Source: an uncultured virus (IMG/VR IMGVR_UViG_3300008108_000027) (taxonomy: Duplodnaviria > Heunggongvirae > Uroviricota > Caudoviricetes). From it: a stretch of 64,000 nt of DNA. Shown piece by piece: positions 47,756 to 57,017 of the stretch. The DNA is taken from the IMG/VR virus record IMGVR_UViG_3300008108_000027, one strand, 5' to 3'. Numbering within the stretch: the first letter of the stretch is position 1; each line of letters starts with the position of its first letter. A program made the translations under genes and the position numbers. Below the pieces are notes generated by a model. It worked only from the letters and a program-made list of their open reading frames with translations. It was not told the DNA's origin and made no database searches.

Positions 47756-49861
47756 TTAGAAGTCTATTTTGATTGCAAAAACTTGTGTTCCTCTTCTAAC
47801 AATTGGTTTCGCTGATTTAGCAACAACCAAGGCTTCTTTATTACTATCTAAAAGAGCAATCTCAGTTATCTTTTTATCTTCACCAGCAACATATGTTGGG
47901 TTCTGTGTTTCGGTAAATTGTGTACTTGGTAAGTTAACCAAAAAATTCATAACCTCAATGTCACTTGATCTAACAACTTTTATACTTCCAGGAAACGGTT
48001 GTTCATCACCAAACTTTGGTTGCGTTGATGGTTCATGTACAATGTAACCATTACCAAAATAATTGTCTATCACATATTGTGTTCCGCTGTTATATTTTGA
48101 AAAATTAACAATAAATGAAATGTCTCTTAAATTTACGGGGTCAAGAAAATTAACTCCGTTACCTCCCGCTTCTGTTGTAAAATCAATTTCAATCCAATCA
48201 TCAGGTACGGGTCTTTGACCTGTTTTTGTTATTTGTACTAAAATTTTAAACTCAGTACCAACGAATCCATCAACAACATTTGGAAGAGTTGTTTTCATAT
48301 AACTAAATGCGGTGGTATCGAATTTAACAACTAAACTTGTTGGTATTGTTGTGCCCTGTATTTTTGAATAATAATTACAAGGTAAACCATTTAAACCTTT
48401 ATCTGAATTGGTAAAAGTATATGTCACCCATATTGTTTGATCTGTTGATCCTGTTAAAACTGAATTTGGTGCTGTGGTGTCACTTGGTACCAAATATAAT
48501 TTTGGTGCATCTAAAGTATATCTTCTATTGCTTCTGTAATCTAATAAAGCAACTAATTCTTGGTCATCAAAAATTATTGTTTTTTTAGTGTAAAAAACTT
48601 TACCAACTCTATTATTTTGTTCATCAAGTAAGTATCTATATGGTATATTTGAATTACCATTTAAGATTGGTGATGGTGTCGTGATTTCATAATCAACTGT
48701 ATCCATATTAAATAACGCTCCAACAACATTACTTGTATTTCTATGGTAACAAATAAATGGTATAAATACTTGGAAGTATTCTAAATCAGTTAATGGTAAA
48801 CCATTTTCATCTTCTAATATTGAATCATTAACATTGTTATTGGTACTTAAATAATCATCATATTTAAAGAATCTTTCAGGATCAAATCTTATATCACCTA
48901 ACTCTGAATAATGTATAACCGCCAATACCCTTTGTTCTTCAGGTGTCACGGTTATTGATTCACCAAAAGAATTTTTGTACGATGTGGTATTATTAATGGT
49001 TTGTCCGGATGATGTTGTGTATCCTAAAAATTGTTTTGTTGATATGTGTTGATTACTTGTGAAACCTGTTAAGTTTATGTTTGTTAAACCACTATAACCT
49101 ATAGGATTCTCATTCCACACAACATTTAATGTCCACGGATCGTGTTGATCCATTGGATCAATTGGTTGTGGTAAACATATCGGTGCAACACTAGTTGATG
49201 GTGGAAATTCTATTTGACATTTATTACAAACAACTTGTGCAAAACCTGTTAAAGTTGATAAGTCTGGTGTGGGTCTATCAAGATATATTGTATTTCCACT
49301 AATACTTAAAACTTTATAAATTAAACTATTTGATTGTCCGGTTATTATTGGAACATTTGGATCGGTCCCACCAAACTGATCGAATACCAACGTAATATAT
49401 TCACAAGTTTGAAATGTATCTCCAGATAAAACATCAATAGAAGAAGAACCATTAATTGTGGATATATCGATTCTATCCGTCACACACATTACCTTTGTTC
49501 CTATACAATCAATATCATCATATTCAATATATTGTGAAACAAATCCCGCGGGACCCATCGGATTTCTTAAAATGTCAGTATATGAATTTTGAACAGGGAC
49601 CCCATAGGTTGTTGTTGTTACTGTTGTGTCTATTTTGTATGGATATTTAACAACTGTTTCTTTATCGTGTGGGGCAAAAACTTTTTGAAATGGTTTTTTA
49701 AAAGTACCATCTAAATTTGTAAATGGTGCACTATAATCATATTCGGAATCACCAATTTGGAAATATGAAATTACAAAATTTCCCTTAGCGATTGAATTTC
49801 TACCTTTTTTTGTTACTCTGGCCGATAAAAACTCAGAGTTATTTTCTGTTAAAAAGCTCAT
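47756..49861 (-). CDS. Virion structural protein (baseplate/tail)
   Basis: ARVTKKGR...F.IGDSE.DY N-terminus; ITEIALLD...LVVAK.AKP C-terminus like tail-collar domains; TATTTAT upstream. Confidence 0.7.
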   Translation of the reverse strand: MSFLTENNSEFLSARVTKKGRNSIAKGNFVISYFQIGDSEYDYSAPFTNLDGTFKKPFQKVFAPHDKETVVKYPYKIDTTVTTTTYGVPVQNSYTDILRNPMGPAGFVSQYIEYDDIDCIGTKVMCVTDRIDISTINGSSSIDVLSGDTFQTCEYITLVFDQFGGTDPNVPIITGQSNSLIYKVLSISGNTIYLDRPTPDLSTLTGFAQVVCNKCQIEFPPSTSVAPICLPQPIDPMDQHDPWTLNVVWNENPIGYSGLTNINLTGFTSNQHISTKQFLGYTTSSGQTINNTTSYKNSFGESITVTPEEQRVLAVIHYSELGDIRFDPERFFKYDDYLSTNNNVNDSILEDENGLPLTDLEYFQVFIPFICYHRNTSNVVGALFNMDTVDYEITTPSPILNGNSNIPYRYLLDEQNNRVGKVFYTKKTIIFDDQELVALLDYRSNRRYTLDAPKLYLVPSDTTAPNSVLTGSTDQTIWVTYTFTNSDKGLNGLPCNYYSKIQGTTIPTSLVVKFDTTAFSYMKTTLPNVVDGFVGTEFKILVQITKTGQRPVPDDWIEIDFTTEAGGNGVNFLDPVNLRDISFIVNFSKYNSGTQYVIDNYFGNGYIVHEPSTQPKFGDEQPFPGSIKVVRSSDIEVMNFLVNLPSTQFTETQNPTYVAGEDKKITEIALLDSNKEALVVAKSAKPIVRRGTQVFAIKIDF

Positions 49862-49888
49862 ACATTAATAAATACATTTATTTTTATT

Positions 49889-51976
49889 TTACATTCCCGT
49901 ACATTGGTTTAATCCATAAATTTTGTAATTATTCGTACCAATAGTAATTATTTGTGGATTTGTTGTTAATCCAATTCCATTTACAGCCAAATTAATTACT
50001 CTTAAACTAGCAACACCGATTTCACTAACACCTGTACTATCAGTCGCCGATGTGTTTCCGGCAGGTAATAATAAACTAGGTAAGGTCGCGTTTCCACTTA
50101 CAAATGTTGTACACGTCGGATCACTAAATCTTCTAATGACAAAATCGAAATCTAATAAATCTAAAGTCGTCCCCGCAATCACATTGACTGTTCCATTAAT
50201 AAATCCAGAACCATCACTTTCACCAAATGCAACAATTTCAGCGGTTATTCCGGTTGGTGTTGGTGTACTAGTTGGTGTTGGTGTACTAGTTGGTGTAGGT
50301 GTACTAGTAGGAGTTGGAGTGCTAGTCGATGTAGGTGTTGGTGTACTAGTAGGAGTTGGTGTACTAGTTGGTGTTGGTGTTACGATGGGTAGTGAACTGC
50401 AAAGTGACAAATTAAATCCTAAGTTATTTAGTGAGTTAATTATCAGATCTGCATAATATGATGGTGTTGACGCCGCCAAAGTATTTAATTCATAATTAAT
50501 GTTATTTCTTCCAGATAAACCATATGTTGATCCAGTATATAGTGTTGATAAGGATGTATCACCACTAACAGCCTGAATAAATGAACCATACTCGGTACTT
50601 CCAATAACCCTAAATATGGTTGCAAAATATCTCCCAAATGGTAATTGATTTAATGTACTGGTTAAAGCAACCATATCTGTATCATACTGAGGTGTTCTGG
50701 CGGTTTCCCATGATGAGACACCCCATTCTGCACCGTATGGACTATTTTCATCCGAAAAAACTAAATTAATAACAGTGGTTATTGATGGTGAACTACCTGT
50801 ATTATTCATCCATTGGAATATTCGTTCGTCACTAATTGATGTGATACTAACTCTTTGATCATATAAGACAGAATCATTATTAAAATAAGGTAATAAACAT
50901 GGTTTTAATATTCCACTGTTCATATTGATTAATGGAGATAATGTTGAATTCATCGATCCGGATGAATCAAAATAAATATTTATTTCCGTATTTTCATCTA
51001 TTTCTGGTATGGTCAATTCATAAGTAAAATCACAAGGTAATGTTGTTCCTGTTACTTGAATATCACATGATGGTGGACATTCCTCAAATCTACTTGAAAA
51101 AATATCACCAACATTGGATGTGATTGCAGACCACATATACGTTGGTGGATTACTTACAGGATAATCAACATCATATGATAAAATAGAATGTAATGTACCA
51201 TTACCAATATCATCTCTTACTTCCCATCTATTATTAGATTCATTCCAAAATACATAATAATCATCACAACATATTTGATAATATGGTCTTTCATTGTAAA
51301 CACCCATTGGATAATATAGTGTTGTATTATATTCTGTATCTGAACTATAACATAAATGATTAAAGCATACGGGGCATCCAATAAAAACAACCCTTACTTG
51401 AAATCCACCTTGTTTTTTTGGATCAGTTAATGTATTATTTTTTATACTACCGTCCCCATGTTCAAGAAAAATATAAACAGGTTTGTGTGTTGGACTAAAA
51501 TTTTTAAATTCATAAATAAACCCAGTAGATGGATTTGTTGTTGCCGTTGTTACAAATGTTGAAGCCGAAATTTCATATGTGAAACCTGTATATATACGAT
51601 AACTATTTGGTACACCGTTAACGACAGATGAATGATTACCAAAATTTGTTGCACCTGAAACCAAATCATATATTGTAACACTACTATTAGTACAACTACC
51701 TGTGGTACTAACATCAAGATAAAAATCTACAGTATCATAACATTCATAAACCTTACTATCATTAGTATATATTGTAGTTATTGTTGATGTACCATCAACA
51801 ATATCCGTTACTTTTATAAAGTACCTCGTATCAAATTCCAAATTTGTTATAACAACAGATGATGTTAGGCTTGGAAATGCCCCAAAAAACACATATGAAC
51901 TTGATGACCCTCCACTATATTCTACAATAAAGTTATGTGGTATTTGTAAATTATATAACCTAACATTTAAACCCAT
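49889..51976 (-). CDS. Virion protein with a VWA-like domain and a Pro/Thr tract
   Basis: IYFDSSGS (MIDAS DxSxS), FSDE; (TPTPTS)n. Confidence 0.65.
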   Translation of the reverse strand: MGLNVRLYNLQIPHNFIVEYSGGSSSSYVFFGAFPSLTSSVVITNLEFDTRYFIKVTDIVDGTSTITTIYTNDSKVYECYDTVDFYLDVSTTGSCTNSSVTIYDLVSGATNFGNHSSVVNGVPNSYRIYTGFTYEISASTFVTTATTNPSTGFIYEFKNFSPTHKPVYIFLEHGDGSIKNNTLTDPKKQGGFQVRVVFIGCPVCFNHLCYSSDTEYNTTLYYPMGVYNERPYYQICCDDYYVFWNESNNRWEVRDDIGNGTLHSILSYDVDYPVSNPPTYMWSAITSNVGDIFSSRFEECPPSCDIQVTGTTLPCDFTYELTIPEIDENTEINIYFDSSGSMNSTLSPLINMNSGILKPCLLPYFNNDSVLYDQRVSITSISDERIFQWMNNTGSSPSITTVINLVFSDENSPYGAEWGVSSWETARTPQYDTDMVALTSTLNQLPFGRYFATIFRVIGSTEYGSFIQAVSGDTSLSTLYTGSTYGLSGRNNINYELNTLAASTPSYYADLIINSLNNLGFNLSLCSSLPIVTPTPTSTPTPTSTPTPTSTSTPTPTSTPTPTSTPTPTSTPTPTGITAEIVAFGESDGSGFINGTVNVIAGTTLDLLDFDFVIRRFSDPTCTTFVSGNATLPSLLLPAGNTSATDSTGVSEIGVASLRVINLAVNGIGLTTNPQIITIGTNNYKIYGLNQCTGM
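50252..50380. repeat. Pro/Thr/Ser-coding tandem repeats
   Basis: GTTGGTGTACTAGT-type 18/24-bp units. Confidence 0.9.
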
Positions 51977-52016
51977 GATATAATAAATATAAATTGTTTA
52001 TTTTTAATAATAAAGT

Positions 52017-52682
52017 TTATGGAACCGCAGCACTTGATGTTAATCCTACTGCTTCGGCATATTTTAACCAAGTTTCAACTCCTGCAAATTTTTCATTTTG
52101 ACAATCATATATCATTCCTTTATCAAGTAATTTTAATAAAAATAATCCTCTAAAATTTTCACTTTTGGTATCCAGATAATCAAGTAAACATTTTATAGAA
52201 ATATTACCTAATAATACTACACCTTTATCTAAAATCACTTTAGTGGTATTATATCCAAATTCAGAAATAATTCTATTTAATACTGTATTAAAATCTAAAT
52301 ATGGGCAATCATTTACTATATTTATACAATTCTGAAATGGTGGATCTCCCGTTGCACCTAAAGAATTTAAAAGTATGTCATAAGAATTAATATTACCATA
52401 AGCACTAATACAACAAGTTAAACCACTTACTGGACATGTACCATCATATGTTAAACTAACCGCTTCCGCATATTTCAAAAAAGTTTCAATCGACGCAAAT
52501 ACTGTGGTACCCGATAGATCACATTCATCACAACATATAGTTTGAGTATATGCTGATGTAGAAAATCCTTCATCTAATAATTCATCCCAAGTACTTAAAA
52601 CATCATCATCGGTAGGTGATGGTGAATTATCTTCACAATAATTTATCAAAAATTCAAGAATATTATATTTTCTATTACTCAT
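52017..52682 (-). CDS. Cys-rich hypothetical protein
   Basis: Internal repeats ASIETFLKYAEAV/AGVETWLKYAEAV and LDKG. Confidence 0.7.
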   Translation of the reverse strand: MSNRKYNILEFLINYCEDNSPSPTDDDVLSTWDELLDEGFSTSAYTQTICCDECDLSGTTVFASIETFLKYAEAVSLTYDGTCPVSGLTCCISAYGNINSYDILLNSLGATGDPPFQNCINIVNDCPYLDFNTVLNRIISEFGYNTTKVILDKGVVLLGNISIKCLLDYLDTKSENFRGLFLLKLLDKGMIYDCQNEKFAGVETWLKYAEAVGLTSSAAVP

Positions 52683-52694
52683 ATATAATTATTT

Positions 52695-53657
52695 TTAAGG
52701 TATAATAGGGCTGGGTGGTGGTGTTGTTAAGTCTTCAATTGTTTTATTAAATCCTCCATGATCACCCATTCTATAATCACGACCATGACATAAAAAGAAA
52801 ATACCACTACTCATCCAATCTTGGATTGTATCTCCAATCGTATTAATTCCGTCATAATTATTTATGGTGTTACCGGTATAAAAATTTATTAAGTTATCTA
52901 ATCCGGTTGAATTTCCGATTGTACCCACTTCAAAAATTCCAATCTCAATTAAACTACTAAATTTAGTTGGATCTAGAGTTTTTAACAATTGAATTTTTTC
53001 TTTAAATCCATTGTTACATGAAGAATATTTGTATACCACACCATCTATTTCTTCATCAGGTGGAATTGCATTTGATATCCCGACAGTGGGAATGTAATCC
53101 AATAAATATGTTTGTGCCGACATAGCGTAGTTTATACAACAACCTGTTAAGGCATTTATATACGTTTTATCATTTGGAACTGAAGCAGTCTCAAACATTG
53201 ATAGGTACGTGTAAGTGTTACCTATATAATAAAAATCATTACATGGTGGACAAATTAGACATGATTGTGATTGACCCAAACCATTACTTAAAAATACATC
53301 GGTAAGCCAATCTATCGGATTTGTTAAACTTGGTTCTAGTGATGGATTTTCATCTAATTCGATTATTGATTTTAATGTCAAATCAAAAATAAAATCAAAT
53401 GGATTTATTGGTTGGCAATATTCAATGTCATGTGCCTTAACTTTAATTAATATATTTCCACATTCTTCACACGAAAGTTTTAGAAAATAATGTTGTAAAG
53501 TATTCGATCCGAGTACTAAATCTGTTATTTCAAAAGTATGTTCAAATGAATTTGTAACATTGGTTGCAATCAAATTAACCGTTGTACTTGATGTTAATCC
53601 GGAGTATATATCGAACGCTTGTCCTGTTGGTACTAAATTTATTGTTGTTTTAAACAT
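52695..53657 (-). CDS. Cys-rich hypothetical protein, partly paralogous to the next gene
   Basis: CPPC, GCCINYAMSAQTYL. Confidence 0.7.
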   Translation of the reverse strand: MFKTTINLVPTGQAFDIYSGLTSSTTVNLIATNVTNSFEHTFEITDLVLGSNTLQHYFLKLSCEECGNILIKVKAHDIEYCQPINPFDFIFDLTLKSIIELDENPSLEPSLTNPIDWLTDVFLSNGLGQSQSCLICPPCNDFYYIGNTYTYLSMFETASVPNDKTYINALTGCCINYAMSAQTYLLDYIPTVGISNAIPPDEEIDGVVYKYSSCNNGFKEKIQLLKTLDPTKFSSLIEIGIFEVGTIGNSTGLDNLINFYTGNTINNYDGINTIGDTIQDWMSSGIFFLCHGRDYRMGDHGGFNKTIEDLTTPPPSPIIP

Positions 53658-53675
53658 ATCATATTTTTTATTTTA

Positions 53676-54623
53676 TTAACAAGTACCTCCACTGTAATTA
53701 ATATTACATGGTATACCTGTTGTATATATTTGTAAATCAGAAAATGAGAATAATGTTGTTGGCCAAGTTTTACTACATACCAATGTCTCTGATGGTGATC
53801 CAAAAGTACCTGATGGTATAACAACATCTTGAGATGTGTCATCACAACAATCTGTTATTGTAACAATTTTTGTTGATCCTGCGTTATATATCCTGAAAGA
53901 TCTACATTCACTTGAACAATCAAAAGTGGGTATTGATGGTTGTGAATTATAAATAATCTGTGCACTTCCAGTAAGATCATAAACTCTATTATTACTTACC
54001 CATCTACCAATTGATTGTGTTGATGTGACATAATTCGTACATAAACACAATGGATAAAATAAAGCATCACAAGGATTACTTGGGTCTCCACAAAGAACAA
54101 GTGGATTTGAATAATTCACTGGTATACCTAAAGATGATGAATTTATTAATAGTTGTTGATTATTAGATATGGCCCCTGATGGTATACATACGTTACCCTC
54201 AATAAAAACGGCATTATTTAACCATGGTAACCCATTCCCTGTACCTAAAGATGCGGTATTAGAAAGAAGTAACCCAACTTGACCACATTCAAATGATGAT
54301 GGACAATTAACAGATGGTACAACCGGTGGTGGTGGTGTTATTGTTGGTGTACTAGTAGGTGTCGGTGTTGCCGTAGGTGTTGGTGTACTGGTGGGGGTTG
54401 GTGTTGATGTTGGTACAGGTAAATTATTGGGTATTTCTAATGTACATTGTTTTTCAATACTAGAAAAATATATAACATACGTACCAAACACATAATTACT
54501 AATATATGTGTACGGTAATACTTGTGATCCTAAATTAAAAGTACCGCCAGTATCGGGGAAAAAAGTTATTTCTCCTGTTTCCCCCTCATAATTTTGTGTT
54601 TTTATTATTATTTCTTGTATCAT
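53676..54623 (-). CDS. Cys-rich virion protein with a Pro/Thr tract
   Basis: N-terminal ~60 aa shared with 54653..56992; PTSTPT repeats. Confidence 0.7.
   Translation of the reverse strand: MIQEIIIKTQNYEGETGEITFFPDTGGTFNLGSQVLPYTYISNYVFGTYVIYFSSIEKQCTLEIPNNLPVPTSTPTPTSTPTPTATPTPTSTPTITPPPPVVPSVNCPSSFECGQVGLLLSNTASLGTGNGLPWLNNAVFIEGNVCIPSGAISNNQQLLINSSSLGIPVNYSNPLVLCGDPSNPCDALFYPLCLCTNYVTSTQSIGRWVSNNRVYDLTGSAQIIYNSQPSIPTFDCSSECRSFRIYNAGSTKIVTITDCCDDTSQDVVIPSGTFGSPSETLVCSKTWPTTLFSFSDLQIYTTGIPCNINYSGGTC
54325..54420. repeat. Pro/Thr-coding tandem repeats
   Basis: PTSTPTPTSTPTPTATPT...PPPP. Confidence 0.85.
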
Positions 54624-54652
54624 CTTTTATTAAATACCTAAAATTATTTTTT

Positions 54653-56992
54653 TTATGGACAACTAAAAGTATTTAATATCACACCACCACTATCAACTTG
54701 TATTGCTAATCGTGATGTTCCAGAACAAAAAGTTGTCGAATTAACAATAACTATCCAATTTCCACCACCATCAGACGGAGCGGTTAATCCCGGGTCATCA
54801 TACATTATCATACCAGCACTAAATACAGGTATGTCTCTATAAAAAGCTCTTGCACATGTTGATCCCGCAGCACAAGCCAATCCCGATGTGGAATAAGTAC
54901 TCACATTTCCGGCGAACACATATGAACTTGGTGGTGTACTACTAACCGTAGGAGTTGAGGTACTAGTTGGTGTTGGTGTACTAGTAGGAGTTGGTGTACT
55001 AGTTGATGTAGGTGTTGGTGTTGCAGTAGGAGTTGGAGTACTAGTCGATGTAGGTGTTGGTGTTGCAGTAGGAGTTGGAGTACTAGTCGATGTAGGTGTT
55101 GGTGTTGGTATTATAAATGATCCACACTGTTGTAATATACCAGATGATCCCGAATATATTACACCTATAGTGTAAGTGTCGGATGGTAATCCCGAAAAAG
55201 TGTCATGGAAATAATTCGTATTAAAAGGTGAACTATATACATCTTGATCGATAATTGTTCCTGATGAATTTAATGCACATACAATTATTTGTGTTATTGA
55301 TGGATTATTTTTTACAGAATTTTCAATACCAACTTCATAACCAAACTCTGTTGAATTTATATCACTTTGTATTGTAAAAGGACAATTTAATGTATATGTT
55401 ATTGGGCAACCTGAAGTTGGGTCCACACTAAAAAATGGTGCAACATAGTCGGGATCACCAACTGTATTATTTTTAATTTCACCTGTTGGGGTATTTGTGT
55501 TTATGTCATATTTTTCAAGTGTGTCAACTATTACATCACCCGTGTTTTCCAATCCGGTAACCGCGTTATTGTAAAAAACAACACTACCTTCACTTCTGTC
55601 TACTATTACTCCTCCCCAACCTACTGTGGGACCAGGACTTACTGACATTAAACTATTTGTCCCGTATTCATTTGTAACTTGTTCAATACCGGATAGATAA
55701 TAATTAGGTATCAATCTTTTTATTTCATATGTGTCTCTATCAATTTCATAAGTTTGATATATTACAGTTGCATCTCCATTCACATTATTAATTAATTGAG
55801 TTGCTATGTATAACTTACCGCTAACGGGATCTAAATTAAAAGTATAAACACCAACATCTTTACCTTGTAATCTTTTATTAAAAATAATTGTTGTTACAAT
55901 TGTTGCTCCCGTATTTGTTGAATTTGGATTTAAAACCCACATTCTTCTTCCACCAATATCACTTACATAAACTTTGTTTTTTTCTATGTCATAAAATAGA
56001 TATTGCCAATATCTACCAGATCCACCGGGAACTGAGGTAGATGATCCTGGTAATGTTATATAGGTTATAAAATTGAAATTATCATCAAAAACACCGATAT
56101 TACCAACTGTACCTGAACCCGAAGTTGACGTTACCCATAAATATGTTTGAGAGATCCCTGTACCAATTTCACGTGCAGTTGGTGCCCCTCCAACAAAATA
56201 AGTGTTTAGTTGAGTATTTCTTGGTATTATTGTTTTTGGTAAAGAAGGATTTTCTCTATTTATTCTTATTAAATCACCTGTTGGTGTTATTCCTGAAAGT
56301 GAACCGCCTCTAATGTCACCATATATAAAATTTTCTGAAACGTAAAGAAAATTTCTTTCGAATATATTATCACTACCGTATGATATTTGTGTTATGGTGT
56401 TTCCGGTTGTGTCATAAATGATCATTCCTGTTATAATAGTATCAGTTGGTAACGTATTAAGTGGCGTTTGATTTGTACCTGTAAAATATATTCTCTTGTA
56501 TGTTTTATCAAAAGTGCTAATATACAATGCAGGTGCTCTCAACCAACTTACATCACCAGTTGCACCAGTGATAAATGTTACATTTGATACGGATGTAGAT
56601 GCTGTGGTTGGTGTAAACCAATATATATTACCCCTAAGATTGTCATCCGCGTCTGCAACCCAAACTCTATTTGTATCATCGTCATACCAAACATAAGATG
56701 GTGATGATATACCAGATAGTGAATTAGTGATTAAAAAGTTTGCACTTTGTTCACATGTGAAATCTAAAATTCTCCAAGCAAGTTCGGGTGACGTATCTAT
56801 TAAAGTTGACGAACATGTTATACCAAAACCAGAAAAATATAAAAAATATGTACCATAGGGATACGTTGACTCATATTGATAAGGTATAACATGTGAACCT
56901 AAATTAAATGTTCCGCCGGTATCTGGATTAAATGTTATCTCCGCAACTTGGCCATTATAATTTTCACTTGTTAATGTAACATTATATTTCAT
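54653..56992 (-). CDS. Virion protein with a beta-propeller-like region and a Pro/Thr tract
   Basis: YDDDTNRVWVAD, FDKTYKRIY, YDIEKNKVYVSD and LDPVSGKLY blade repeats; long TPTPTS tract. Confidence 0.7.
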   Translation of the reverse strand: MKYNVTLTSENYNGQVAEITFNPDTGGTFNLGSHVIPYQYESTYPYGTYFLYFSGFGITCSSTLIDTSPELAWRILDFTCEQSANFLITNSLSGISSPSYVWYDDDTNRVWVADADDNLRGNIYWFTPTTASTSVSNVTFITGATGDVSWLRAPALYISTFDKTYKRIYFTGTNQTPLNTLPTDTIITGMIIYDTTGNTITQISYGSDNIFERNFLYVSENFIYGDIRGGSLSGITPTGDLIRINRENPSLPKTIIPRNTQLNTYFVGGAPTAREIGTGISQTYLWVTSTSGSGTVGNIGVFDDNFNFITYITLPGSSTSVPGGSGRYWQYLFYDIEKNKVYVSDIGGRRMWVLNPNSTNTGATIVTTIIFNKRLQGKDVGVYTFNLDPVSGKLYIATQLINNVNGDATVIYQTYEIDRDTYEIKRLIPNYYLSGIEQVTNEYGTNSLMSVSPGPTVGWGGVIVDRSEGSVVFYNNAVTGLENTGDVIVDTLEKYDINTNTPTGEIKNNTVGDPDYVAPFFSVDPTSGCPITYTLNCPFTIQSDINSTEFGYEVGIENSVKNNPSITQIIVCALNSSGTIIDQDVYSSPFNTNYFHDTFSGLPSDTYTIGVIYSGSSGILQQCGSFIIPTPTPTSTSTPTPTATPTPTSTSTPTPTATPTPTSTSTPTPTSTPTPTSTSTPTVSSTPPSSYVFAGNVSTYSTSGLACAAGSTCARAFYRDIPVFSAGMIMYDDPGLTAPSDGGGNWIVIVNSTTFCSGTSRLAIQVDSGGVILNTFSCP
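54930..55110. repeat. Pro/Thr/Ser-coding tandem repeats
   Basis: Includes a near-identical 42-bp unit in tandem. Confidence 0.9.
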
Positions 56993-57017
56993 TATACCTA
57001 AATATATTTTTTTTAAT

